Program-made: the position numbers and the translations under genes
Part shown: piece after piece, positions 16,598 through 30,000 of the stretch
How positions within the stretch are numbered: the stretch's first letter is position 1
How the letters are laid out: each line of letters begins with the position of its first letter
Assembly (NCBI GenBank): GCA_963843575.1
Contig: CAWJKZ010000025.1
Span: 1-64,000, forward strand
Direction: 5' to 3'
Origin: an uncultured Acidobacteriota bacterium
GTDB lineage: Bacteria > Acidobacteriota > UBA6911
DNA: 64,000 nt
The notes under the pieces: generated by a model
What the model saw: only the letters and a program-made list of their open reading frames with translations
Databases searched by the model: none
What the model was told of the DNA's origin: nothing

Positions 16598-17617
16598 TTA
16601 TGCTATCTCGCTCAGCCGCACAGGACGCCGCTCACGGTGCGACAGGGCCGCCGCGAGCGCCATCACGACCGGAACGCGCCCGTCGGTCCCCCGAACCGGC
16701 ACCGGCTTGTCGTTCAGAACGGCGGCGACAAACTCCGCCACCTCGTTCAGGAAACTCTCGGTGTAGCGGTCCATGAAGAAATTCAACGGGAGGTCCCGCC
16801 GCACCGAGCCGCCGTCGCTGATGACCGCCTGGTTGGCGTAGTTGTTCATCGTCTCGATAGAGCCTTTGCTCCCGAGCACCTCGACCCGCTGGTCGTAGCC
16901 GTATGCGGCGCGGCGGCTGTTGTCGATGGTCCCGATCGCGCCCCCGGCGAATTTCAGGGTGATGACCGCCGTGTCGACGTCCCCCGCCTCCCCGATGGCC
17001 GGGTCGACGCGCACCCCGGCCAGCGCATACACTTCCTCCACCTCGTCCCCCATCAGAAAACGGGCCATGTCGAAGTCGTGGATCGTCATGTCCAGAAACA
17101 TCCCGCCCGAGGAACGCACGTATGACACCGGCGGCGGAGCCGGATCGCGGCTTACGATGTGGATCAGGGACGGCTCGCCGATCTCGCCGGATTCGATGGC
17201 CCGACGCACCCTGCGGAAATTCGAGTCGAAGCGCCGGTTGAACCCGACCTGCAGCTTGACGCCGGCCTTGTCCACCGCGGCCAGCACGCTGTCTATCTCG
17301 GGGAGCGATTGGGCGATCGGCTTTTCACAGAATATGTGCTTTCCGGCCGCCGCCGCATCCTCCGCGATGCGCGCGTGGGTGGAGGTGCTCGAACCGATCA
17401 GGACCGCCTCGACGTCCGGATTGCGCAGCAGGTCGCCATAGTCCGCCGTGCAGGCCGGGATGCCGAACTGCTCCGCGACGCGGCTGGCCGCCTGGACATT
17501 TGTGTCCGCTATAGCCAGCACCCGCGCCCCGGGGATGCGGTAAGCGAGGTTCTCGGCGTGAACGCTCCCGATCCGGCCGGCACCGATGATTCCCATGTTC
17601 AAATGTGTACGCGACAT
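16598..17617 (-). CDS. iolG: myo-Inositol 2-dehydrogenase
   Basis: GAGRIG, HIFCEKP, VGFNRRFD, SRDP, DMTIHDFDMAR, YGYDQRVEV; AGGAG RBS. Confidence 0.92.
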   Translation of the reverse strand: MSRTHLNMGIIGAGRIGSVHAENLAYRIPGARVLAIADTNVQAASRVAEQFGIPACTADYGDLLRNPDVEAVLIGSSTSTHARIAEDAAAAGKHIFCEKPIAQSLPEIDSVLAAVDKAGVKLQVGFNRRFDSNFRRVRRAIESGEIGEPSLIHIVSRDPAPPPVSYVRSSGGMFLDMTIHDFDMARFLMGDEVEEVYALAGVRVDPAIGEAGDVDTAVITLKFAGGAIGTIDNSRRAAYGYDQRVEVLGSKGSIETMNNYANQAVISDGGSVRRDLPLNFFMDRYTESFLNEVAEFVAAVLNDKPVPVRGTDGRVPVVMALAAALSHRERRPVRLSEIA

Positions 17618-17635
17618 TCCCTCTCCTTTTTTAAG

Positions 17636-17690
17636 TAGCCGGAAGCCGGAAGCCATGCACCTCTTCCGGCTTCCGTTTCTTGGCTTCAGT
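17636..17690. repeat. Short AGCCGGA heptamer repeats with inverted counterpart
   Basis: AGCCGGAAGCCGGAAGCC..CTTCCGGCTTCCG; similar tracts near 25265-25292 and 56139-56178. Confidence 0.5.
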
Positions 17691-17693
17691 TCT

Positions 17694-18632
17694 TCACAGT
17701 CCAATCGAGCGCAGGTACTCCCGGTTGCGGCGGGCGCTCTCCTTGGGGGCTCCCATGCCCGGGAGGACGTCCTGCTCGACGACGATCCAGCCCTCGTAGG
17801 GGCGGGCGCGCAGCCAGCCGGCGACCGACTGGAAATCGACGTTCCCGCGGCCCAGCTCGCAGAACACCCCGCGCCGGACGGCTTCGAAGTAGTCCAAGCC
17901 CTCGGCGCGGGCCGTCGCAGCCACGCGGGGCTCGCAGTCTTTGAAATGGACGTGCCGGATGCGGCTGTCGAAGCGCTCGAACGCCTCCAGCGCCCTGCTG
18001 CCGTCGGTGGTACCGGTCCCGTAGACGTAGTGTCCGGTATCGAGCACGAGGCCGACGAGCCCGGGGTCGGTGGACTCCAGCAAACGCGCGATCTCCTCCG
18101 GGGTCTCGACGAAGCCGGCGCAATGGTGGTGGAAGACGGTCGACAGGCCGGTCTCGACGCTGACCGCGCGTGCGACCTTCTCGGCCCCGCTGGCAAATAC
18201 CTTCCACTCTTCATCGCTCAGGCCCATCTCCGGGGTGATCCGGCCGGCGTTGCGGGTCCGCACCGGATCGCTGCCGTTGTTGTCGGCCAGAACGATCACC
18301 GGGCGGCGCCCGTTCGGGCCCGTCTCGGCCACGGCGGCGAGGAGGCGCGCCACCTTCACGGCCTCCGCCGCACCCGCCGCGTGAGCCTGCTCGTGCCTGA
18401 GCGCGACCGGCACGAACGCCCCGACCATCGAGACGCCGCGCCGGGCCAGCTCGGCGGCAAGCACCCCGGGTTCGGTGGGCATGAAGCCCCAGTCCCCCAG
18501 CTCGGTGCCGGTGTAGCCGGTGTCGCGCAGTTCGTCGAGCATCTGCCCGTACTCGATCCGTTCCCCCTTCATCCCTTCAAATTCGAGCGTGCCCCAGGAA
18601 CACGGGGCGTTGGCGACGCGAATCCTGTCCAT
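17694..18632 (-). CDS. iolE: Inosose dehydratase
   Basis: [42 protein letters not shown]. Confidence 0.85.
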   Translation of the reverse strand: MDRIRVANAPCSWGTLEFEGMKGERIEYGQMLDELRDTGYTGTELGDWGFMPTEPGVLAAELARRGVSMVGAFVPVALRHEQAHAAGAAEAVKVARLLAAVAETGPNGRRPVIVLADNNGSDPVRTRNAGRITPEMGLSDEEWKVFASGAEKVARAVSVETGLSTVFHHHCAGFVETPEEIARLLESTDPGLVGLVLDTGHYVYGTGTTDGSRALEAFERFDSRIRHVHFKDCEPRVAATARAEGLDYFEAVRRGVFCELGRGNVDFQSVAGWLRARPYEGWIVVEQDVLPGMGAPKESARRNREYLRSIGL

Positions 18633-18670
18633 AGGAGTACTCCTTGGCCATGTGTGCCGCGGGGCCCGCG

Positions 18671-20147
18671 TCAGAACTTGCGGGCCCACTCGCCGAGCCA
18701 GCGCTCGACGACGACTTTCGTCTGGGTGAAAAACTCGACCGCGTGTTTCCCCTGCGCGTGCAGGGTTCCGAAGAAGCTGTTCTTCCAGCCGCTGAACGGG
18801 AAGAAGGCCATCGGGGCGGCCACCCCGATGTTGATCCCGACGTTGCCGGCCTCGGCCTCGTGGCGGAAGCGGCGTGCAGCCGCGCCGCTGCCGGTGAAGA
18901 TGCACGCCATGTTGCCGTACTCGCCGGCGTTGACGAGCTGGAGCGCCTCGTCGACCGTGTCGACCCGCATCAGGCCGAGCACGGGGCCGAACACCTCGGT
19001 GCGGGCCAGCGTGGCGTCGGGGCGCAGGCCTTCGATGATGGTCGGGCGCAGGAAATTGCCCTTTTCGAACCCTGGCACGATCCGCTTCGCGGCCGTCCAC
19101 CACCATACGCCCGCCCTCGTCGAGCCCCTTTCGGAGCAGTTTGAGGATGCGGGTCTTGCTCTCGGGAGTGATCACCGGGCCCATCTGAACCCCGGGTTCC
19201 AGCCCGTAGCCGACCACGCGGGAGGCGGCGGCTTCGGCCAGCACCGGGCGGAAGATGCGGTCGGCGTCCCCGACGGTGACGGCGAGCGAGGCCGCCAGGC
19301 AGCGTTGCCCGGCGTTCCCGAACGCGCTGTCGGCCACGATGGCCGTGGTCATGGGGACGTCGGCGTCCGGCAGGATGATCAGCGGGTTTTTGGCCCCTCC
19401 CTGGGCCTGGACCCGCTTGCCGCTCGCGGAGGCGCGGCTGTAGACGTGCCGGGCCACGGGTGTGGACCCCACGAAGGTCACCGCCTGGATGCAGGGGTGA
19501 TCCAGCAGGGCGTCGACGGTCTCCGCCCCGCCGTTGACCAGGTTGACCACGCCGCGCGGCAGACCGGTCTGCTCGAGCAACCGGAACACCTTCTGCACGG
19601 TCATGGGTGTCCGTTCGGACGGCTTGACCACGACCGTGTTGCCGCAGGCGAGCGCGTACGGGAGATACCAGAACGGGATCATCCCGGGGAAGTTGAAGGG
19701 GCAGATGATGGCGGCCACCCCCACCGGCTGGCGGATCATGTACTCGTCGACCCCGCGGGCCACATCCTCGGAAAAGTCCCCCAACATCATGGTTGGGATG
19801 CCGCAGGCCACCTCGACGTTTTCGATGGCCCGGCGCATCTCGCCCCTGGCGTCGTCGAGGGTCTTGCCGTTTTCCATCGTGATGGTCCGGGAGAGCTCTT
19901 CGAAACTCTCCTCCATCAGGGTCTTGAGCTTGAACAGGTGCTGTATGCGGGTGGGGGCGGGCACGCGCCGCCACTCGGAGAACGCCGCAGCCGCGCGGCG
20001 GGCGGCCTCGTCGACCTCGGCCGCCGGGGTCATGGGCACGCGTGCGAGCGTTTCCGCGGTCGCGGGGTTCTTCACTTCAAGCACATCGGCGGCGGCCGAA
20101 GACCGCCACTCGCCGTCGACGTAGTTGAGCAGGATCGTATCGGACAT
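18671..20147 (-). CDS. iolA: CoA-acylating (methyl)malonate-semialdehyde dehydrogenase; frameshift near 19080
   Basis: [47 protein letters not shown]. Confidence 0.92.
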
Positions 20148-20184
20148 AAGGCTCCTGTGGGGACGGGCTCGGCTCGTCCCGGAT

Positions 20185-22082
<1,898 letters not shown>

Positions 22083-22086
<4 letters not shown>

Positions 22087-23007
22087 GGTGTTCTGCGCCA
22101 TCCGTTAGTGCGGCTGAACGTAAACGGCACCCGCGGGTCACGGGTCCGATAGGTGTCTTTGACCCAGGCGTAGCCGCGGGTCGTCGCTGCAGGCCAGGCT
22201 CTGGGCGCTGCCGGCCAGCACGTTGAGGTAGTAGGTGGTGTAGCCGACCGGGCTGGAGACCGGGTGATAGCCCTTCGGGGATGAGCACGACGTCGTTGTT
22301 GCGCGCGACGACGGCCGCGTCGATGGGCAGTCCGGCCCGGTGCAGCGGCGAGTCGGCGTCGGTGTAGACGCGCTGCAGGGCGTAGCCCTCGGGCCGGTCG
22401 ATGCTTGTAGTAGTAGATCTCGTCCAGGTCGGCTTCCAGGATGCGCCCGTCCGGAGCGGTCCGGTGCACGTCGTGCTTGTGCGGCGGGTAGCTCGACCAG
22501 TTGCCGCCGGGGGTGTAGACCTCGACGACGACCAGCCGCTCGCAGGGGAAGCCGGGCGGGATGATGCTGTTGATCTGGCGCGTCGCGTTGTCGGACCCGC
22601 GGATTTCGACGGTGCTCTCGTGCGGCGAGACGAGCCGGGGAGGGAAATCGGCGTCCGCCGGCGTCCAGGCGGCGGCAAACTCGCACGTCGCAGCCGAGTG
22701 GACCGTGAAAGACGTTCCGCGGGGCAGGTACAGGGCGGATGGGAAGCCGTCGAACACCGACGCGCGCGCCCCCACTGCCGTCCAGGAGCCGCGGTTGGAG
22801 GACACGTCCAGGCTCCCGCCGAGCACGACGAGCGCCATCTCGTTGGGACCCGTGTCGAATGTCCACGCGGTCCCCGGCGCTGATGCGACGCGCCTGGAAA
22901 TTCAAGGTGTTCCACCCCGCCCGTTCGGGACGGACTTCGACGAGCAGGTCCGGGTCGCCGGAGCCGCCGGCGCGGATGATCAGGTTGTCCGCCGTGTATT
23001 GTCGCAT
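22083..23007 (-). CDS. iolB: 5-deoxy-glucuronate isomerase; several frameshifts
   Basis: EVYTPGGNWSSYPPHKHD, EIYYY, GYALQRVY, GYHPV, YYLNVLAG. Confidence 0.9.
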
Positions 23008-23066
23008 TCATTCCCCCATGCCTTCGAGATTCTTCGAGCCTCTCGCCTTCGGGGTGAGCCGCGGGC

Positions 23067-24092
23067 TCAGCCGGGCGCACACGTGCTGGCGCGCGGCACC
23101 AACTCCGCCGCGAGGACGTGGTTTTCGACCGGTCTACCGTTAAGCAGCTCCATGAGCATTTCCATCGCCAGCCTGCCCAGCAGAAGCATCGGCTGGCGAA
23201 CCGTCGTCAGCGGCGGGCTGACGTACTCCGCCGCCTCGATGTCGTCGAAGCCGACCACGCTCAGCTCTTCCGGCACGGCGACGCCCCGCTCGCGGCAGGC
23301 GAGCAACGCCCCGACGGCGATCATGTCGTTGTAGCAGAAGACGGCCGTCGACCCGGCTTTGAGCAGCTCAACCACGAACGCGCGGCCGTCGCCGACATCC
23401 TCGGTGTGAAACTTGTGACCGGGATCGGCGATCCTGACCCAGGCCGGGTCCGGCTCGATGCCGGCGGCGTCCAGGGCGTCGCGGTAGCCGGCCAGGCGGC
23501 GCCGGTTGGAGCGTGCGCGGTTACCAGCCCCGATGTAGCCGATGCGGCGATGCCCCAGGCCGACGAGGTGTTCGACCGCGAGGCGGGCGCCGCTGTAGTC
23601 GTCCACATTGACCGAATGCAGGAGCCCGGAATCGGTCTCGGCCTGCTGGTTGATGAGGACGGTGGGGACGGCGATGCGGGCCAGCCGGGGGCCGTGGCGG
23701 CCACTGAGTTGCGCGGCCGCCGAGATGATGCCGTCCACGCGCCGCTGCTGGAACGTCTCGATCACGGAAATCTCACGCTGCGGGTCGTTGTACGACATGC
23801 TCAGGAAGACGCTCATGTGCGCTTCCTGGGCGACTTCTTCGATGCCGCGCACGACGGTGCCGACAAAGGGGTCGGCGATCGAGGTGACAACCAGCCCGAT
23901 GGTGTGGGTGCGCTGCTGCTTCAGGCTCTGAGCCACGGCGTTCGGCGTGTAGCCCATTTCCTGAGCCAGTTGCCGGATCCGGTCGCGCACGTCGGCACTG
24001 ATCAGGGGGTTGTCGTGCAGCGCCCGGGAGACGGTCCCGTGGGAGACCCCGGCGGCCCGGGCGATGTCCTGGATCGAGACGGCGCGTCCCAT
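23067..24092 (-). CDS. LacI-family transcriptional regulator
   Basis: SIQDIARAAGVSHGTVSRAL, YTPNAVA, CYNDMIAVG, SVVGFDD, PPLTTVRQP. Confidence 0.95.
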   Translation of the reverse strand: MGRAVSIQDIARAAGVSHGTVSRALHDNPLISADVRDRIRQLAQEMGYTPNAVAQSLKQQRTHTIGLVVTSIADPFVGTVVRGIEEVAQEAHMSVFLSMSYNDPQREISVIETFQQRRVDGIISAAAQLSGRHGPRLARIAVPTVLINQQAETDSGLLHSVNVDDYSGARLAVEHLVGLGHRRIGYIGAGNRARSNRRRLAGYRDALDAAGIEPDPAWVRIADPGHKFHTEDVGDGRAFVVELLKAGSTAVFCYNDMIAVGALLACRERGVAVPEELSVVGFDDIEAAEYVSPPLTTVRQPMLLLGRLAMEMLMELLNGRPVENHVLAAELVPRASTCAPG

Positions 24093-24100
24093 CGGGCACC

Positions 24101-25192
24101 CTACATTTTCCTGACGTCCGGGTTGGGGAGCATGAAGTCGCGCACGATGGCGGTCAGGTCGTGGACCGACTCGATGAAGCTGCGCAGCGTGCGGACCGTC
24201 GCACCGAACCCGTCGAACTCCTCGGGGACCATCCCGTCCTCGTCGTAGGAGCGACGGAAATCCGGGATCCTGTCGTAGAGAGCCCCGACGATCTGCGGCG
24301 CGACGGGGTTGTCGATCCGGTTCTCGACCGCGATGTCGGAGGCGTTGACCTTGAGCGCCCACTCGTAGGGCATCGAGAGCACGACATCGCCGCCGATCAG
24401 TTCGGACCAGTGCCCGAGGTGGCGATAGGCGGCCGCGAGCAGCCGGGCGCGGTAGCCGCGCTGACGGAAGATGCCGTAGGCTTTCTTGAACACGGCCAGG
24501 CCGGCCCAGTCCATGTACTCCGGGTCGATGTCGATGCCGTCGCGCTTGGCCACGACCTTCATCCAGTCGTCATTGCGTCCGATCATGATCGTGCAGATGG
24601 GCGACATGCGTCTGATGTCCAGGCCCTCGGACTCGCGGCGGCGCAGGCCGCGTTCGACCGCCTCGGCGACGGCGATGGCCTGCGGCACCGTGAAGCTGAC
24701 GGTGGCGTTGACGCTGACACCGCAGTAGGTGGCCTCCTCGATGGCAGCGATGCCGGCGCAGGTGACTGGGAGTTTGACTTGCATGTTTGGCGCGAGGGAG
24801 TCGAAGTGCATGGCCTGACCGACGAGGGCGTCGACGTTGCGGTAGTTGGCGGGGTTGGTCTGGATGGAGAGGCGGCCCTTCTTCCCCTTGAAGCGTTCGG
24901 CGGCGGGGAGGAGGAGTTTGGCGCCGGTGACCGCCATTTCCTCGATGAGTTTCCAGGCGATCTCGGTTTCGGACCAAGTGGGGTTTTCGGCGATGATCTC
25001 GTTGAGTCGGCCGGAGTAGCGGTGGAGCTCGTTTTTGAGGACGGTCAGGACGATGGAGGGGTTGGTGGTAGCCCCGACGGCGCCGTGGCTGATCCCGTAG
25101 GTGAGTTGCGGAACGGAGCAGGAATCATTCCAGTAATCGGTGCGGTTGGTGGCGACGGTAAGCTGGAGACGGCTGAGCGCAGGCATAGACAT
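24101..25192 (-). CDS. Transaldolase-family class I aldolase
   Basis: WNDSC, GATTNP, GRLSIQ, QVKLP (Schiff-base Lys), VNATVSF, GRNDDW; GAGGTG RBS. Confidence 0.85.
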   Translation of the reverse strand: MSMPALSRLQLTVATNRTDYWNDSCSVPQLTYGISHGAVGATTNPSIVLTVLKNELHRYSGRLNEIIAENPTWSETEIAWKLIEEMAVTGAKLLLPAAERFKGKKGRLSIQTNPANYRNVDALVGQAMHFDSLAPNMQVKLPVTCAGIAAIEEATYCGVSVNATVSFTVPQAIAVAEAVERGLRRRESEGLDIRRMSPICTIMIGRNDDWMKVVAKRDGIDIDPEYMDWAGLAVFKKAYGIFRQRGYRARLLAAAYRHLGHWSELIGGDVVLSMPYEWALKVNASDIAVENRIDNPVAPQIVGALYDRIPDFRRSYDEDGMVPEEFDGFGATVRTLRSFIESVHDLTAIVRDFMLPNPDVRKM

Positions 25193-25216
25193 GGCGGAAG
25201 CACCTCGCAGTTTGAT

Positions 25217-25230
25217 TGCACACGTGTGCA
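25217..25230. promoter_or_regulatory. Candidate LacI-type operator
   Basis: Perfect palindrome TGCACACGTGTGCA with central CG, 25 bp upstream of the transaldolase-family start. Confidence 0.65.
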
Positions 25231-25366
25231 TACCACCCGCCGACCACTGTGTAAAGAGCAAAAAAGCGGAAGCCTGGAGCCGGAAGCCGGCTCCTCCACC
25301 ACGGACGATGCGAACCGCGCACCTTTTCCGTTTCTGGACGGATCTTCGGGGGATTACTATCGAGCC

Positions 25367-26796
25367 ATGATCCGATACATCATGGTCGCCATCGTGCTCC
25401 TCGCCCCGGCCCCTGCTGCCCTGCCGGAGGAAAAACCACGCCTCCTCGTCCTCACCGACATCGGAGGCGATCCGGACGACCGGCAGGCCATGATCCGGCT
25501 GATGCACTATTCGAACGAGTTCGAGATCGAGGGTCTCGTCGCGTCGGCCGCGGGCACGCCGGGCGAACTGAAGGAGAAGACCACCAAACCGCAACTGATC
25601 CGCGCAATCGTCGGAGCCTACGGCCGCGTGCGGGCTAATCTCCAGATTCACGCCGACGGCTACCCTTCGGCCGACAGCCTGCTCGGCCGCGTCAAGTCCG
25701 GCAATCCGGACAGGGGCATCGACGCGATCGGCGAGGGGAAAGACACGGAGGGTTCGCGCTGGATCATCTCGGCCGCCGACAGGGACGATCCGCGGCCCCT
25801 GAACGTCGCCATCTGGGGCGGGCAGACCGACCTTGCTCAGGCCCTGTGGAGGGTGCGCCGCGACCGCGGGGCAAGCGGGTTGGCCCGTTTACTCCCGAAG
25901 CTGCGCGTGTACGACATCTCCGACCAGGACGGGATTGCCGCCTGGATCTGGCAACAATTCCCCGGCTTGTTCTACATCCTGAGCAAGGCACCCCAGGGAC
26001 AGGACAGGCGGCTCGGCGCCTATCGCGGCATGTATCTGGGGGGAGACGAATCCCTCACCTCCCGTGCCTGGCTCGAGGCCAGCGTCCTGACGGGTCACGG
26101 CCCCCTTGGCGCTCTCTATCCCATGGCGACGTGGACCGAGCCGAACCCGCACAAGGCTCTCAAGGAAGGGGACACACCCTCGTGGTTCTATTTCCTGCCC
26201 CACGGATTGAATGACTCGGGGCACCCCGAGTGGGGCGGCTGGGGCGGCCGGTTCGCTCCAACCGGCGGGAACCTCTACAGGGACGCACACGACACCGTCG
26301 ATGGGGTGACCGACGCCAGGGTGACGGTATCCCGCTGGCGGGCGGCATGGCAGAACGATTTTGCGGCGCGGCTCGACTGGTGCGTCTCCGGGAGCTACGC
26401 GGCTGCGAACCATGCTCCCGTGGCCGTGCTTAGCGGCGACGCCTCGCGCACGGTAATCCAGACGAGCGCGCCGAGCGGCGGGAAGGTGCGGCTTTCGGCC
26501 AAAGGCAGCCGCGATCGCGACGGCGACGCACTGCATTTCCGGTGGTCGCTCTACCCCGAGGCGGGTACCTGCCGGACGAGCCGGCGCTCCAGGGCGTGGA
26601 AACGGAGACGGTGACGTTCACCGCTCCAGGGGTCGACCAGGCACAGACGCTCCACGTAATCCTGTCTGTCGTCGACGACGGGCAGCCGGGACTCGTCTCC
26701 GTCCGGCGCGCCGTGGTGACGATCCTTCCCAACCGGCGCGCCACGAAGACCGCGACTCGTGGACCGCATCTCCGCCGAGTCGCCAAAATCAGGTAG
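25367..26796 (+). CDS. Exported DUF1593 nucleoside-hydrolase-like protein; frameshift near 26570
   Basis: RLLVLTDIGGDPDD, YSNEFEIEGLV, WGG, EGDTPS, WGGWGGRF, NDFAARLDW, ANHAP, HVILSVVDDG. Confidence 0.85.
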
Positions 26797-26810
26797 GTTG
26801 CCAAAATCAA

Positions 26811-26915
26811 GTGGGTCCGGGGCTTCGGCCCGGAGGTTGTTTGCGGTCACGTTACGGTGCGCCCGTCGCTATATAGCTCAGATCAAAAGACGTCCGGGCT
26901 GAAGCCCGGACCCAC
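26811..26915 (+). repeat. REPIN-like element, REP family 1 (intact)
   Basis: GTGGGTCCGGGGCTTCGGCCCGGA, ~58-nt conserved spacer, TCCGGGCTGAAGCCCGGACCCAC. Confidence 0.85.
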
Positions 26916-27049
26916 GTGTTTTGCGTTTAAGTTGGGTAGTTGACCGTTGAGCGGCTTCGGTGGACAGGGACGGCCGCTTTGAGCGCTATAATGCTCACGG
27001 CCGTGGAAGCTCCCCAGGGAATACAGTACGACCGTGACTTTTTGCCAGG

Positions 27050-30000
27050 ATGATTAACATGGACACCAAGATCTCCTCCCCTCCGGCGTCCCGGACAAGC
27101 CGGGCGAGAAAAGACCCGGCCATTGAGCCGATCTCGGCCCGCGCCCTTTCCACGCCCGAACCGCTGGTGCGCGTCTTCTCGCGCCGGGTGCAGCAGGAAG
27201 GGGCGCTCGATCTGACGCAGGGCGACTACAAGAACGCCGACTTCGCCCCTCACCCGGAGGTGGTGCGGGCCGCGCAGCGCATCACCCGGAACACGGTGCA
27301 CAGCTACGGGCCCGCCATCGGCCGGATGGACGTGAGGAGCGAGGTCGCGGAGTTCTTCAATCGCGACGGTCTGATCGACTATCCCTCGACCGACGTCCGC
27401 TTCCTCCCGGACGAGGTGATCTTCACGCCGGGGACGCGGTCGGGGCTGGCCATGGTTCTCGAGGTGCTCGGGGCCGACGGAAGCGGCGTCGTGGTGCCGC
27501 GCCCCAGCTGGGAGTACGACTGGTTCGTCGAACGCGCCGGTAAGCACGTCGTCGAACTGCCGACCACCGCCCCCCAGTTTCTGCCCGACCCTGAGGAGCT
27601 GGACAGGCTCCTGGCCCGGGGCGGTATTTCCGCCGTGATCATCAACAATCCCCACAACCCGACCGGCCGGGTCTACCCGCGCACCCTGGTGGAGGCACTG
27701 GTGCGTGCGGCCGTGAGGCGGCGCGTGTACGTGCTGTACGACTCCGTTTACCAGCGCCTCGACTACGTCGGGTCGTTTATAAACCCGGCTTTCGCAGACC
27801 CCGAGTGGCGCGACTGGGTGGTGACGCTCTCGGGGCTGTCGAAGATGGACATGTTTGGAGCCTCGACCGGGGCGCGGGCCTGCTGGATGGTGATCTCCGA
27901 CCAGATCAGGTCCGGGGACGTCCGGGCGAGGGAGATCCTCGCGAACCTCTCCGCCTGGCTCATCGCTACACCGTCGACGCTGGCCCAGGACTGGGCACTG
28001 GCGGCGCTTCAGAGCCCGCTGGCGGGCCTGCGCAGGCCGTCCCCGTACATGCGCGAGCGCCGCGACTTCATGGCACAGGCTGCAGACGAGCTTGCCCCGC
28101 TCGGGATCGAGAGGACGGACTTTGGGGGGACGTTTTACGCCCCGCTGGCGTTTCCGGGCCTGATCGGGGAACCCTTCGACCGGCTGCGCAACGGAATCCG
28201 CGAACGGGCCATCGTGAAGGACTCCGTCGATACCTTCGAGTTTCTCCTCTCCGGCGGCGTCGGGGGAATCCCCTTCGCCGCTTTCGCGGGCACGCAGTCC
28301 GCGCGCTACGGGACATGGCAGAGGCTCTCCTACGGGTCGAAGGACGTCAAGGAACTGGCCGTGTTCATGGACCGGGTTCAGACACGGCTGTCGCGCCAGG
28401 GGCGCCTCGGGTCGAGCGCCCCGGCGCGGGTTGCCGCGCGGCTGGCGGTCGACGAGGCAGTGTGGGCGAGTGTCTGCACCAGGGAAGGCTACTCGGCCCT
28501 CGACGATCTCGACCGCGGCGCTTTTGCCGAAGCAAGGCGCCTCGTCCTGGAGAATGCGCATCACGGGGACTTTCGCCTGACGGGAACGAAGCATCCGGAC
28601 TCGACCGCCCACCGCGCCGAGCAACTGGCGCGGGCGATCCGCTCGGTGCCGGAACAGGCGGGCGACCGGGCCCACAGGGCCCTGACGCACCTGGAGTGGA
28701 ACCCGTTGGTGGATGCAGGACAGGAGTACGAGGAGACCATCGCCGATCTCCTCGGCCCCTGCAACGAGGTGCTGCTCGATTTCGAGGGGCGGCAGATCAG
28801 TCCCGACTGGCTCGAGGTCCCGGAGAAGGTAGTGCTTGCACTGCTGCGGCACGGCATCATCCCGGGAGAAGACCGCCACCTCCTGTTCCGCGTGCCGAAC
28901 CCCTTCATCGAACAGGACGAGGAGAAGGTCTCCAAGATCCTGGGCGCGGTGGCCCGGGCGAACTTCCTGTTCCTGCTGGCTTGCCGAAAGCTCGGGATCG
29001 AGCCACGGCAGAACGCCATCTACGAGTTGACCGTCCCGCAGGTGAACTCCAAGGCCGAACTGGGGGCCGTCGTCAAGATCGGGACCCTGTACCTGCAGGC
29101 GGTCGACGGCCTGTTCGCAGGCCCCCCGGACCGGGTCGACGCGTTCCTGTCCGGCCGCATAGCGGAAGGGGAAAGGGCGGAGCTGAAGGCTCGCGTCGGG
29201 CGTGTCCGGCTTGTTCCGCTCTGCGAAAACGTCGGTGCGCTGTCGCACCTTCCGGACCTCCTGGAGGCCTTCTACCAGGCGCTCGAGCGCGGGCGCGTCG
29301 CGGACGGCCTGCCGACCCCCTCGAATTTTACGACGCGCTTTGACGGGGCGGGAACGCTCGTCCGCGTGTTCGTGGCCATGTCCGACACCGCCGAGCAGAG
29401 CGGCAAGGTCGCTACCGACGTCGCCTACACGCTGGCGGTGGCGGGGCGCGACGAAGCGGAGCGACGCCTGGCAGAGCGGGCGCGACGGGCCGGCGAACCG
29501 GCTCCGCGGCTGACGTACCTCATCGGCGCCGGGCGCGCCGGGTTCCGAGGCGGCTGCGACCCGGCTCACCCGGGAGTCATCGGCCAGTTCTGCCGGGCGG
29601 ACGGCGTGACGATTCAGGGCATCCGCGCCGACGCGCCGGCGGAAGCCGAGCGGCTGGCCGCGGCGTTCCACGCCGCCACGGCAGCCAGGCCCCTCCCCCC
29701 CGGCGTCGGGCCCTCCGAACGCGAGGCTCTGCTGAAACTGCTGGAAACGGGCGTCCAGACCCACACCGAAACGCTGCTCCGCATCGCTCCGCTGGTCGCC
29801 CCTTTCGGCGGGCTCGTGCCGCAGACCCGCGTCCGTATTCGCGCCACCGGCTCGGTGAACTACGGCCGATCCATCCCCGAATACCCGAAGGAGTGGGGAG
29901 GCGGCCGCGAGCTGCCCGACATCCGGGACCTGCGCGACGCCTGGCCTGAAGGGGTGACGCTGCCGCGCGCCATCGTGTACAACCTCGGCTGCACGACGCT

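Noticed and set aside
24161-25366. N-terminal extensions of the DUF1593 ORF (and of 52435-53946 for the nucleoside hydrolase)
   Set aside because: They overlap real opposite-strand genes; signal peptides mark the true starts at 25367 and 53947.
26982-26997. TGAGC-N8-GCTCA inverted repeat around a TATAAT upstream of the fusion gene
   Set aside because: Only 5-bp arms and no well-spaced -35; too weak to call an operator.
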